Origin: Podarcis erhardii | Taxonomy: Eukaryota | Assembly (NCBI GenBank): GCA_964252035.1 | Contig: OZ176213.1 | Length of the DNA stretch: 64,000 nt | Reading direction: 5' to 3' (one strand) | Shown: piece after piece, positions 38,076 to 49,821 of the stretch | How the letters are laid out: each line of letters opens with the position of its first letter | Numbering within the stretch: the stretch's first letter is position 1 | The notes under the pieces: model-generated | The model's input: the letters and a program-made list of their open reading frames with translations, nothing else | Told to the model about the DNA's origin: nothing | The model's database searches: none | Position numbers and translations under genes: made by a program

Positions 38076-38214
38076 TTTTTTAAAAAAAGCTTTACGAAGT
38101 AGGTAAGTAGGTTAAGAACTTATGTTATGCTATTTCACAGGGGCTATGGAGTTTATTGGCGGAATGATATTGTGTATAATGTAATATTGCTGCTTAGTAT
38201 GTATTCATTATGTA

Positions 38215-38465
38215 CAGTCGTACCTCAGATGTCGAACAGAATCCATTCCAGAAGTCCGTTCGACTTCCAAAATGTTCAGAAAGCAAGGCATGGCTTCTGA
38301 TTGGCTGCACAAAGCTCCTGCAGCCAATTGGAAGCCGCAGAACCCACACCGGACATTCGGGTTACAAAGAACGTTCGCAAACTGGAACACTCACTTCTGG
38401 GTTTGCAGCGTTCGGGAGCCAAAACATTCGACTTGCAAGGTGTTCAACTTCCAAAGGTTTGACTG
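38215..38465. mobile_element. pogo/Tigger-like MITE, family C
   Basis: TA|CAGTCGTACCTC ... AGGTTTGACTG|TA. Confidence 0.75.
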
Positions 38466-38467
38466 TA

Positions 38468-38678
38468 CAGTGGTGCTACTGGTTGCAAACGGGATCTGTT
38501 CCAGAGTCCGGCCGGATTCCGAGGTTTCTGCAACCCAAGGATCACTGTTCTGCGCATGCATGTGGCGGTAGACCACTTCTGTGCATGTGTCGAAACATGG
38601 TCAAACACTTTCGGGTTTATTGCTTTTGTAGCATGAAGTTTATGTAACCAGAGGGTTACGTAAGCCGAGGTGCTACTG
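38468..38678. mobile_element. pogo/Tigger-like MITE, family B-like, abutting the previous element
   Basis: TA|CAGTGGTGCTACTGGTTGCAAACGGGATC ... GAGGTGCTACTG|TA. The left end resembles 11-264. Confidence 0.7.
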
Positions 38679-39118
38679 TATTATGTATTTTTTTATTACA
38701 ATGTATTGCTTTTTATTATGAATTTCATCTATATAACTGATTTTCTTTTCATTGCAATTCCTGAATTACAGAGGCTTGCACTAGATGGCCCTTGGGTTCT
38801 TTCCAACTCTACCATTCTATGATTCTATGGTATTGTATAGCTATTACGTCTCAATATATTTCAGTATGTTCAGTGCTGGGTATAAACCACCTTGTGTTCT
38901 TCTGACAAAGTGCAGCATAGACGTTAATAGACAGATATGTGATATACAGAAAGATATGTGATATAAGGATGCTGAAAGGCCTCTCCCTGTTCTGGGTCTG
39001 AGAGCGCTGGAACTGCAGCACCCCAGATTAGAGAGATCACATCGTGTTTTTAGAACAATTGGAGAGGGAAAGAAGGCAAAGAGAGGTGTGCAGGAGAGCA
39101 GTCCTGCTTCTCCCTCAG

Positions 39119-39353
39119 GTTACAAAAAGGTCAGCAGGTAAAAGAAAAAACTTTGCAGCACTACAATGGAAGAGGGAGAGGTCCACCAATTTAAAGGTTG
39201 GCAGTAATCTCAGGATTGAATTTCGCAGCCTCAAAGCCAGGACTGAAGACAAAGGAGGGGGCGGGAGGGGAGAAGCCAGCCGTGCCAAGCAAGAAAGATG
39301 CCCGTCCAAAGAACAAACCTGGAAGCAGGAAAGGTGTATTTGGAAGCCTCAAG
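39119..39353 (+). other. Candidate exon (unassigned)
   Basis: Acceptor CTGCTTCTCCCTCAG|, donor AAG|GTATGT, purine-rich body and one open frame. No recognisable protein. Confidence 0.25.
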
Positions 39354-39685
39354 GTATGTGGGACTAGAGCACCCACCTTTGATGTGTGCTTCTGCAGGAC
39401 ATCCTGATTAAGATTTCACAATAATATCTCAACCAGAGGCGGCTTCGCTGGTCAAAAGGATGTTCCGGACACCTGTGGCTCTGCTTTCTGGTGGTACATT
39501 TAATGACTACCTTCTCCCCCCCCCCACCCAGTAAGGTGGTCCATTGTCTTATGTAATTAAATAAAAGATGGGAAGGGAGACGGACATCAGGCTTGGGAAG
39601 AGCAATGAGACTGTTGGAAGATCTGTGTCGGGAAAGCAAGTGAGAGGAAATGTGAGGGTGCTATCCAGAGAAACTGAAGCAACAT

Positions 39686-39947
39686 GAAGAAGAAGAAGAA
39701 GACGACGACGACGACGACTTTGGATTTGATATCCAGCTTTATCACTACCCTAAGGAGTCTCAAAGCAGCTAACATTTTCCTTTCCTTTCCTCCCCCACAA
39801 CAAACACTCTGTGAGGTGAGTGGGGCTGAGAGACTTCAGAGAAGTGTGACTAGCCCAGGGTCACCCAGCAGCTGCATGTGGAGGAGCGGAGACGCGAACC
39901 CGGTTCACCAGATTACGGGTCTACCGCTCTTAACCACTACACCACAT
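39686..39947 (-). mobile_element. Squam3-related SINE (variant head) with compound microsatellite tail
   Basis: GCGAACCCGG..CCGCTCTTAACCACTACACCAC head in reverse orientation, a (GAA)5(GAC)6 tail and a possible ACATGA TSD. Confidence 0.8.
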
Positions 39948-40219
39948 GAGAGATAAAAGTACAGAATTGATGGCTCGATGAGTCTCTTCAATATCAAACA
40001 GGGACAAAGATACAGTATAAGGAGCAGGAAGAGCAGTTAAATTCCTAGATGGTGGAATATCATTTTTAAAGACTCAGCCCTATGTCACTGCATAAATATA
40101 CTTTCAGACAAATTCTCAAGATCTACAGATATTAATATTTTAGTGAAATATGTACTAGTCCTTTGGAACCTAGCAGAGGGACCATCTAACCAGCTTCCAT
40201 GGTGGCTAAACGTCTAATG

Positions 40220-40420
40220 CTTCCTAAGAAGAGCCTGTTGGATCAGACCAGAGGCCCACATCATCCAGCATCCTGTTCTCACAGTGGCCTGTGGGAAACC
40301 AGCAAGCACAGTCCGAGTACAAGAGTGCTCTGCCCTCCTGCAGTTTCCAGAACAGTATTCTTTGGGGGAAGCCATGACTGTTGAAAGTTGTACCATGCTA
40401 CCCACCCACCCCCCCCCCCC
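40220..40420 (-). mobile_element. CR1 3'UTR remnant
   Basis: AAGAAGAGCCTGTTGGATCAGACCAGAGGCCC..CCAGCATCCTGTTCTCACAGTGG. Confidence 0.65.
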
Positions 40421-40609
40421 CATGGACAGCAGTCAGCCATGTTGGGAGCTGTAGTCCAACAACATCTGGAGGGCAACAGCCCCTCCCAACCCTGATGTAC
40501 AGGGAGGTAACAAAAGAAACAGGGAACATGGTGTCCAACCTGTAGGATATTTGGTTCCCCCTCAACAGAAAACATTTAAAATACTACAAAGGGAAAAGGA
40601 GCCATTCCT

Positions 40610-40837
40610 GAGAGCCAGTGTGGTGTAATGGTTAGAATGCTAGACTAGGATATGGGAGGCCAGGGTTGGAATCCCCGTGCAGCCATATAGCTCAGTGGGT
40701 GAACCTGGGCCAGCCTAACCTACCCTGCACGGTTGTTGTGAGGATAAAACAGGGAGTGAAGAACCATGCACACCACTTTGAGCTCCTTGGAGGAAAAGGT
40801 GGGAAATAAAGGTAATGAAAGAAAGAAAGAAAGAAAG
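40610..40837 (+). mobile_element. Squam3-like SINE
   Basis: GAGAGCCAGTGTGGTGTAATGGTTAGA head, GGTTGGAATCC B box and (GAAA)n tail. Confidence 0.85.
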
Positions 40838-42034
40838 CTTAGAGAGAATGGGAGGCTCGTTGGGCCTGCTGCTGTTGTTGTTTTTATGTGAAGCCACAGA
40901 AGCTATAAAGTTACAGGTTGGGTTTCGCGTCAACTGCTTGACATTTCAATAGCCTGTTTGGACTGCAGCCACCTAATCGACTGCAGGGCCACACCCTTCC
41001 CTCTCCCAACCACCGACTTCTCACTTAAGCCGAAGAACCTTATGCAAAAGCCGGCTAGGAACAATGCAGCCCTTTGCTGTGAACCAGGGAGCTGTTTTGC
41101 CTGGGATTCAAATAGGCCAGGTAGGCAAACGGGCTTTGCAAATCAGACTGCTCGCCAGCCGGCGGACAGTTAGGCCGCACCCAGCCCAGGCTGACAAACT
41201 GCTTCACAGGGGAAAAGACAGCTCACTTCTGAAAACTTGTTGAATAACATCATTTGGGTGTCCACAGCACACTGCACATGCAAAATCCTCCATAATTCCA
41301 TAAGGTAGATTGTTTAAAGTATTTTTTAAAAATAATAATAATAACTGATGCACCGTTCTAAGCGGTGCACGGTAAGGATATATTTAAAAACCACAGAAAA
41401 TCATTTTGGCGAAGTTCGTAGCTTAGTGGCAGAGAAGCCACTTTCTATGCAGAGTCACAGAAATGAAATATGGGTTTTGTCTGTGCTGTGCACAAAACGC
41501 TATAGAAATAAATATCACACAGTTGTGAGAAGGAAGGGAAGGGGAGAAAACAGGCAAAGCTGACAGGGAGTATTCTACCCAACAGCTCAGTAAGAAATGA
41601 ACCAACTCCTTCCTTCCAGTGTTCTGGCCAATGAGTGTAAAGAAGGGATGGGGAACCACAAGCCCAAGGACCAAATCTACACCCCCTTGTCACTGAGGCT
41701 GTCTGGGCCTCCAAAACAGAGGCTGGCAAACACTGAAACAAAGGCTTCCCAAACCAAAGCAAATGCCTACCACCCTTATTGTTTACTGGAGCAGTTACAG
41801 GGCTTCACTTATGCTCTTTCCACAATTCTGACAATTGCCCTGTGAGGCAGGTCAATTGCAGACGAAGGGCTCAGAGTGTGTAGCTTGAATAAGGCCACCC
41901 ACCGAGGCAACAGCAGAGGTCACAGCTGGTTTTGAGCACAGCCTCTTTTCCACTGTCCTTCTCCAGAGAGCAGCAAAAGACTGTTAACTCTGGAAGGGGA
42001 AAGTGTTTGAGGAGCTAAAGGGCATACTACTTCA

Positions 42035-42870
42035 TACAAGGACAGGAGAAGAACCTGCTGGATCAGGCCAGTGGCCCATCTCGTCCAGCATCCTGTTCAC
42101 TCCAACCAGCTTTGGGAAACCCGTAAGCTGGATGTGAGCGCAACACCATTCTGCCCACCTGCAATGACTAGCAACTTGTATTCATTGACTTGTTGTTGTT
42201 GTTTAGTCGTTTAGTCATGTCCGACTCTTCGTGAACCCATGGACCAGAGCATGCCAGGCACTCCTGTCTTCCACTGCCTCCCGCAGTTTGGTCAAACTTA
42301 TGCTGGGAACTTCAAGAACACTGTCCAACCATCTCGTCCTCTGTCGTCCCCTTCTCCTTGAGCCCTCAATCTTTCCCAACATCAGGGTCTTTTCCAGGGA
42401 GTCTTCTCTTCTCACGAGGTGGCCAAAGTATTGGAGCCTCAGCTTCAGGATCTGTCCTTCCAGTGAGCACTCAGGGCTGATTTCCTTCAGAATGGATAGG
42501 TTTGATCTTCTTGCAGTCCATGGGACTCTCAAGAGTCTCCTCCAGCACCATAATTCAAAAGCATCAATTCTTCAGCGATCATCTCTCTTTGTGGTCCAGC
42601 TCTCACTTCCATACATCATTACCGGGAAAACCATGGCTTTAACTATACGGACCTTTGTTGGCAAGGTGATATCTCTGCTGTTTCATTGACTTAATACCGC
42701 TAATAGTGGAGGCAGGACATAACCATTGTGGCTAGCAGCTCTTCATAGACTTCTCCTCCCTGAATTTGCCTAATCCTCTTTTGAAGCTATTCAAGTTGGT
42801 GGCCACTACTGCCTCTTGTGGGAGTGAGTTCCATAGATTAACTCCTATGACATGGGAAGAAACACTTTCT
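42035..42870 (-). mobile_element. CR1 3' fragment interrupted by Bov-B
   Basis: Minus-strand peptide VNLWNSLPQEAVVATNLNSFKRGLGKF (CR1 ORF2 end). The 3'UTR continues on the other side of the Bov-B insert. Confidence 0.8.
42192..42681 (-). mobile_element. 5'-truncated Bov-B (RTE) LINE with 11-bp TSD
   Basis: ORF MRVPWTARRSNLSILKEISPECSLEGQILKLRLQYFGH..KTLMLGKIEG is the Bov-B ORF end. It has a (CAA)n tail, and TTCATTGACTT occurs at 42181-42191 and 42682-42692. Confidence 0.95.
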
Positions 42871-43500
42871 TTCACCCATCCTGAACTCTCCCAACAATCC
42901 ACAGACCAATCCTCCACATTTCGCCATGGACCAAACAAATCTTTTTTCAAATCAGCTCTCTGTTTATCCCAAATATGTTAGAAAACTTCCAGTTCTTTGA
43001 TCCCAACCCCTCAGTACAAGGAATCTGGAAACTACTGCAATAAAAAGGTGTGGTTCCTTATTAACCGTACACCGGTTCCTTATTAGTTTTTGTTTATGGA
43101 AGAACTGGCTCTGGTAACTCGGTGGTAAAAGTGTCAAGGAGCATGTTGACCTGCTGGGTCTCACTTACCGGGAAAATGCTGCATTTAAAATATATTAATC
43201 CTACCCAGTTTTGTTTTATTGTTATTTTTTATTGGCCCTTTTTGAAGTCCCTCACTATGATAAATAAAATTTTATAAACTTCTATCATGTTGCCTCTTAC
43301 TCTCCTTTTCTCTAAACTAAAAAGTCCCAAAAGTTGTGACCTTTCCTCATAAGGGAGTCACTCCAGCCTCTTGATCATTTAATATATATTTTGGAGAACT
43401 GGCCACGAATGACAAGCCTGGAAACACTCAAAAAAGAAGTAGCTACTTGGGCAGGACAGAGGGCAGAACCAGCAGCTGCACTGTGATATATTTTGGTATT

Positions 43501-43853
43501 AGTAAAGGTAAAGGGACTCCTGACCATTAGGTCCAGTTGTGACCGACTCTGGGGTTGCGGCGCTCATCTCGCTTTATTGGCCGGGGGAGCCGGCGTACAG
43601 CTTCCGGGTGATGTGGCCAGCATGACTAAGCCGCTCTGGCGAACCAGAGCAGCGCACGGAAATGCTGTTTACCTTCCCGCCAGAGTGGTACCTATTTATC
43701 CACTTGCACTTTGACGTGCTTTCGAACTGCTAGGTTGGCAGGAGCAGGGACCGAGCAACGGGAGCTCACCCCGTCGCGGGGATTCGAACCGCCGACCTTC
43801 TGATCAGCAAGTCCTAGGCTCTGTGGTTTGACCCACAGTGCCACCCGCATCCC
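43501..43853 (-). mobile_element. Sauria SINE, full length
   Basis: Close to the other copies. Imperfect TSD TATATTTT(TT)GGTATT. Confidence 0.94.
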
Positions 43854-45056
43854 TATATTTTTTGGTATTTTGGTATTACTTCCTCCCAAAATAGCAGGGG
43901 ATGCTCAAAAAGAAGCTCTATTCCATATCGCCCTTGTCGTGCAAACTCCACTTCTTTTCATCATATACAGCCTATCTCACCCAGGTTCGGCCCCGTTTCA
44001 CAGTGATAAATCCCAAATAATTAAAACGTCATTCACGCATTAAGCCAATATGAGCCACATTCATGGTGGCGGATTTTTTATTTTTTTTTAAAAAAAAGGA
44101 CAAAAAAATCTTTCAAAAGTAGGGGGAGGGGAGAGGGAGGAAGAGGGGTAAATAACTATATTCCTCTCTGCTGAATTTCTCCCTCCCCTCATTTCTCTTT
44201 ATGATGCAGATGTCAGGGTGATGTCCCCACCCCCCTCTTCTTCTGCAGAATGTCAAAAAAGAACAAAGCCATCTTTGATCCTTTTTCAGGCCAAAATTTA
44301 TTCCACATAAGTTGGAGCTGGGTGGCTGGGTGGGCTAAGAAAGACGCACACAAACCCCACTGGAACAGCTCGAGATGACAATGAAAGGGAGACTGATGGC
44401 CTTAAGCTACATTTCCAAAATTCAATTGATGCAAGCTTGGGAAACACTGGTTGTGCAGGGAGGATTTGACGTGAAAAATTGTAAGAATTCAGAGTCAACC
44501 TGATTATAACAATTCTGAGTCAACCTGAAGAATGTTTTTTTATTATTATTATTCATTTCATTTATGTACCGCTAAAATGTTTAAGGAAAAAAAAATCCTC
44601 AAAGCGGTTAACAGCACATTAAAACATCAAATAAAACAATCCAGAATAGAACGTTACTGCAGAAAGTAAAACATAAAGTATGCATTCAATGCAACAGAAT
44701 GAGCAAGAAACTAAAATACTTTGAAATAAATCATCACTAAAGGAGGTCAACTGCGGAATGCACATTTAACGCAGCAAAGTGAACAACAACAAATGATCTT
44801 AAACATTTCAAAATAAAACCTTACTGAAATGAGTCAAATATAAAATGCACATTTAAAACAGCATAATTAGCAAGAGGGGGGAAATAATACCATAAATCTA
44901 GAACTTAATCTGCAGCTGTTGCTGCCAGTCTTGCCAACAGTGGTCCATGGTGGGTGGTAGCTGTGGAGGCTCAGTGACCTGAATCTGCATTAAGAGGCAG
45001 CCACATGAAATCGCTCCATTGGGCAGCTACCTGGGGAGGTGATGGTGACAGCACTA

Positions 45057-45282
45057 CAGTGGTACCTCAGCTTAAGTACTTAATTTGTTCCAGAGGTCCG
45101 TTCTTAACTTGAAACTGTTCTTAACCTGAAGCACCACTTTAGCTAATGGGGCCTCCCGCTGCCACCGCGCCACCGGAGCACGATTTCTGTTCTCATCCTG
45201 AAGCAAAGTTCTTAACCCGAGGTGCTATTTCTGCGTTAGCAGAGTGTGTAACCTGAAACGTATATAACCCGAGGTACCACTG
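45057..45282. mobile_element. pogo/Tigger-like MITE, family A
   Basis: TA|CAGTGGTACCTC ... GAGGTACCACTG|TA. Confidence 0.92.
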
Positions 45283-46589
45283 TATTGGGTCTCTTGCTAC
45301 CTTTATTGCCATTTGATAGATTTTCAGCTCTGTGCACAACTCTCCTACCCAAGCCCCACTCAGGGAAAATGACCCTCCATGGAGACAAAGTGAGCAGATT
45401 CTTGGAAAGCTTTTTGGTGCTTGCTAAAAACCTTTGTTTATTTGTTCGTTTGTTTGAGCAAGCCTACCTAGGGATGCAGTTTTTAATACATTTTAGTACA
45501 ACTGTTTTTGAAATACTGGTTTTATACTATATCATATTTAATGGGTTATACTGAATGAGGTTTTGCTCAGCATTATCAGTTGTCTTTTATTTGCTTCTCT
45601 CTCCAACTCATTCCGCCGCCACCCCACCCCCCGCCACCCCATCTTTTTTATAGACACAAAAAGGAGGAAGACTGAACGAGAGTTTGACTTTGAAGACTTG
45701 CTGTGTGAGTGAATAGGATTTCTGAAAGGTTCTTGGGGTCTTAGCTGCTATGTGCCTTTTTAAGCCATGGAGAGGCAGGGGCAGGAGGCAGAGAGATAAA
45801 AACCACAGCGTTTTCTTGCCAAAGGGCTATGACTCGGACAAATGAAGCAAGATCAGAAAAGTACAAAGGAGGCTACTAAGAAGTCAAGTATGGGATCTCC
45901 ACAGAGTACGGGGCGGCTGCAGCTGGAAGGTCAGAGGTTGGAACGTTGCAGACATCACTTTCCAAAAATTCCCATGAAGCTTCGCTGCAGAAAGTCTGTC
46001 CCTTTCCCATTTCTCATGTACAGATACCGAGGAAGCATTGCAAAAAACAAAAGGAGGAAAGAAAGTGCCCTTTATGTTCCACTCCGGCCCACGTTAATGC
46101 AATAAAACCAATTGGGATAATTACCCTCCCTTTCAGAGTCCTAACGGCAAAAAGGAGGAAGACGTGGCTGTCAATTAAAGCTGCTGACTGCAGCCCATTT
46201 TGAGCTTGATTTCAAACACATAGGAATGCAATAAATCCTTGGTTTACAGCATCATATCTAATGTGATTTCAGAGCTGGAGAGCCTGCAATGTCAAAATTC
46301 AAAGCAATTTGGAGAGCAGAGGGAGGAAGAGGGCTCATCTGACTTCTCAGCTAATCAGATTTCCACCTTTTCCAGTAAGTGCTTTTGCAAAGCTGCACAA
46401 AAGAATGGAAAACCCAAAAAAGTAACAAAGGGGTAGGGGAATAATGTTATATTTGAAAGTCTAACTTTGTGGAATAGCCTTCACAGGATCTGTCCACAGG
46501 CTGCAACCATAGAGCAGTTTTCCACCAGTACCTCCAACGGTGCCTGTGAAAGTTTTCTTGAGTTCCACCCAGAATTCATGGGCATCCAA

Positions 46590-47110
46590 TGAACCTGCAT
46601 GTTGAAAGATTTGGGACAAGAAAAAGGAAGAACTGCCTCACACAGTACATAGTTAAACTGTTGAACTTGTTCCCACAGGAAGAAGCGATGGCCACCAACT
46701 TAAAGGTAAAGGGACCCCTGACCATTAGGTCCAGTTGCAGACGACTCTGGGGTTGCGGCGCTCATCTTGCTTTATTGGCCGAGGGAGCCGGCGGACAGCT
46801 TCCGGGTCATGTGGCCAGCATGACTAAGCCGCTTCTGGCGAACCAGAGCAGCGCACAGAAACGCTGTTTACCTTCCCGTTGGAGCGGTAACTATTTTTTA
46901 TCTACTTGCACTTTGACGTCCTTTCGAACTGCCAGGTTGGCAGGAGCAGGGACTGAGCAACGGGAGCTTACCCTGTTGCGGGGATTCGAACCGCCAACCT
47001 TCTGATCGGCAAGCCCTAGGCTCTGTGGTTTAACCCACAGCACCACTGGCTTTAAAAGAGAACTGGACAAATTCATGAAGGATGAAAAGGCTATCAGTGG
47101 CTAACATGAC
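46590..47110 (+). mobile_element. CR1 ORF2 end interrupted by a Sauria SINE
   Basis: TQYIVKLLNLFPQEEAMATNL lies before the SINE and GGCTTTAAAAGAG..GACAAATTCATG (GFKR..DKFM) after it. Confidence 0.75.
46702..47046 (-). mobile_element. Sauria SINE
   Basis: Colinear with the other copies but lacks about 10 nt of the 5' end. Confidence 0.93.
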
Positions 47111-47880
47111 ACTTTCTCAACATTCTGAAGGTGGCCACAATCTTGGAGTCCCCTGCGACAGAGGCCATGGGCCTGCCTTTGGAAGAAAGGGGAGTATAAA
47201 ATTAAATGAAATGAAAGATAAACAAGCAAATATAGTAAGAGTGAACTCACATTCTTAGCATAGGTCCTTCTGTACTCAAAATGACCCACAAGAGGAAAAC
47301 ATTGAGGTGGGGGACCAGAAGCTTTGCAGAAACACAAAAGATGGCGAGGAGATGGACTCTAAATGAAGGGAGTGGCAGTTCAATGAGGACAGGGCATTCT
47401 CAGCAGCCAGAGAATGATCAGCATGGGGGGGTGGGGGAATGGAAAACCTTCTTCTTTCCTGAAAGAAGACACAGCCAACTGACACCTAAGCAGGAGCACA
47501 CAGCTCTGCAACATTCTGCTGCAGGGTCCACATGTTATAAAATCATATCATGGGCTTTTCGAAAACCGTTTTTTTGCTTGCCTTCCAAGGATGATGGAAG
47601 AGTAAGGGTGAAACACAGTTAAGAGAGTGGCAGGAAAGAGGCAGTTTCCTTCATTCCCTGCACCAAGGGCTTTTCATCCTGGCTGGAACAGACTACAGGG
47701 CTCGTTGGACCTTACTAGCCTGACCTAGCAAGACAATTCATCTCTGAGTCAGCTTCCAGTAACCTAGAGAAGAACTGGTGTGGATTTGGCCATGAGTTCA
47801 AAAGCTGCCCCATTCTTTCTGAAAGCCCTCTTGCTCCTGGGACCGTTTTAACTTTACATAACCTGCCTGCACTGCACCAA

Positions 47881-47882
<2 letters not shown>

Positions 47883-47912
<30 letters not shown>
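47883..47912. repeat. (AC)n microsatellite
   Basis: About 15 units. Confidence 0.97.
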
Positions 47913-47915
<3 letters not shown>

Positions 47916-48547
47916 TGTAGGATAAATATGAAGAATCACTGAAGATTTGTAACACCTGCAAGAAGGGAATTCTGTGCATTTATTTTAACCAAGTACGGTT
48001 GGCCTGCAGCTGCCTAAGACGTTCAGCTATGAATCTGGGAATATGTACAATTCACAGAGTGTCTCTCCCTGTCCTTAAAAGATCTGAGCTTTCGGTTATC
48101 CGGAGAGCCATAACTCTCCAGGTGTCTTCCGAGCGAGTTCTCGGTGAAACAGATGAAGCCCCAAGAGCAGCTTTTTATGTCTCACTTGTTGATATATAAG
48201 TAGCAGGCATCTGAGAGGGGGGAAGATGGAAAGGTCATTAAAGGGAGAGGGGATTTTAATCCAGGCTGGCGTGGATCAGTGATTGATGGCACCTCAGGCA
48301 GCGCCATGCCCCAAGTTATGTGTACAATCCCTTCTGGACTAGGATAACAAGGCTGACAGCCCACAGCACAGCGCAAGCTTAACGCGTGAAACCAGCATTT
48401 CCTCCCGGACCACACATGTGCACCTGTTGCAATGCTGCCTGCAGCTGAGGAGTGGGCGGCAGTTAAACACAGAGAGAGAAGGGGCTGCCGGCACTGCCAC
48501 CAGCAGGGTGTGTTTCTGGTTGCATGGCACATGCACATACAACTTCA

Positions 48548-48550
<3 letters not shown>

Positions 48551-48588
<38 letters not shown>
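48551..48588. repeat. (GT)n microsatellite
   Basis: About 19 units. Confidence 0.97.
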
Positions 48589-48592
<4 letters not shown>

Positions 48593-48847
48593 ACATTTAT
48601 ATCCTATCTGCTTTCATCTAAGGAGCTCAAGGTGGCATACAAAGTTCTCCCCTCCTGCCAATTTAATCTTGCGAGGTAGGTTATTCCCCTCATGCAGCTA
48701 AAATTCCCAATGTTCACAAGAGAGTGACTCTTATACCACTCTGTTAAACTGGGAGGCAGTGAATGGCCCAAAATCAACCTTGAGCCTAGCCCCTTTGAGG
48801 AAACAGTGGGACAAAAATGCAATAAATACATTAAAAATAAATAAATA

Positions 48848-49063
48848 CAGTGGTACCCTTGGGTTAAGAACTTAATTCGTTCTGGAGGCCCTTTCTTAAC
48901 CTGAAACTGTTCTTAACCTGAGGTACAACTTTAGGTAATGGGACCTCCCGCTACCGCTGCACGATTTCTGTTCTCATCCTGAAGCAAAGTTCTTAACCTG
49001 AGGTACTATTTCTGGGTTAGCGGAGTCTGTAACCTGAAGCATCTGTAACCCGAGGTACCACTG
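48848..49063. mobile_element. pogo/Tigger-like MITE, family A
   Basis: TA|CAGTGGTACCCTTGGGTTAAG ... CGAGGTACCACTG|TA. Confidence 0.9.
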
Positions 49064-49159
49064 TATGTGAATTCCTGGTTTCCACAACAACACTGGAAAT
49101 GTGCAGGATTTACTGTTGAGAGCAACAAGTTGTTTTTGTTTTTGTTTTTTAAAGAGAAT

Positions 49160-49275
49160 GGCAAAATGCTTCTGGTTTGATCCCTGTATGGAACAGCTGC
49201 ATATTCCTGCATTGCAGGGGGCTGGACTAGATGATCCTCAGGGTCCCTTCCAACTCTACAGTTCTATGACTCTCT
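49160..49275 (+). mobile_element. Short SINE with CR1-type tail
   Basis: GATCCCTGTATGG..CCTGCATTGCAGGGGGCTGGACTAGATGATCCTCAGGGTCCCTTCCAACTCT. Confidence 0.65.
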
Positions 49276-49489
49276 GATTCCATAGCACATTCCTAGTCCT
49301 GGCAGCTGGGAGACAGGCTGGAAAGTGTGGGGGCAATGACTACTGAAACCAGGTGTTGCAGTCAAGGAGGGGCTTTGGTTCCCAATGTGGGCAGTACCAC
49401 CCCCACCTCCAGAGGAGGGGAGTGGGATTACCTTGCTGGGAAGTGCTCAGAGGCAAGAGGAGGTGTAAATGACTATCAGACTTCAACAA

Positions 49490-49642
49490 GCTAGTATCAC
49501 TGGATCAAGTTCACTAGTTTTGTTGAATTCATTAAACGGAATAGTTTTAACTGGATTGTGAATAGATGTGCAGTTAATTGTTACTGTTTTGAATTCTATC
49601 GTATTATTACCTTCTTTAGTGGGTTCTGCAAACCAGTGTTCA

Positions 49643-49682
<40 letters not shown>

Positions 49683-49795
49683 CTGTGTGTCTGTGTGTGT
49701 TTGTGTAGTGTTTATAGGGCAGAGGGTCACTGGAGATGAGCTTACTGAACCAAGGGGGCAGTGGCCCAAGAGAATTTGGGTACCTTTGGACCAGA
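49490..49795. mobile_element. hAT non-autonomous element (family of 12333) containing a (GT)n tract
   Basis: TTTTGTTGAATT..TAGTGGGTT.TGCAAACC..CCAAGGGGGCAGTGGCCCAA is shared with 12333-12687. (GT)n lies at about 49646-49700. Confidence 0.7.
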
Positions 49796-49821
49796 GGTTT
49801 CCCCAGCTGGGAGTTACAAAG

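Noticed and set aside
41349-41369. 7-bp hairpin TGCACCG-TTCTAAG-CGGTGCA
   Set aside because: It sits in a LINE/SINE tail remnant next to (AAT)n and is too short to be informative.
43169-43178. Possible 10-nt minus-strand microexon (TGCAG|CATTTTCCCG|GTAAGT)
   Set aside because: The donor is strong but the polypyrimidine tract is poor, the length is not a multiple of 3, and such matches are expected by chance in 64 kb.
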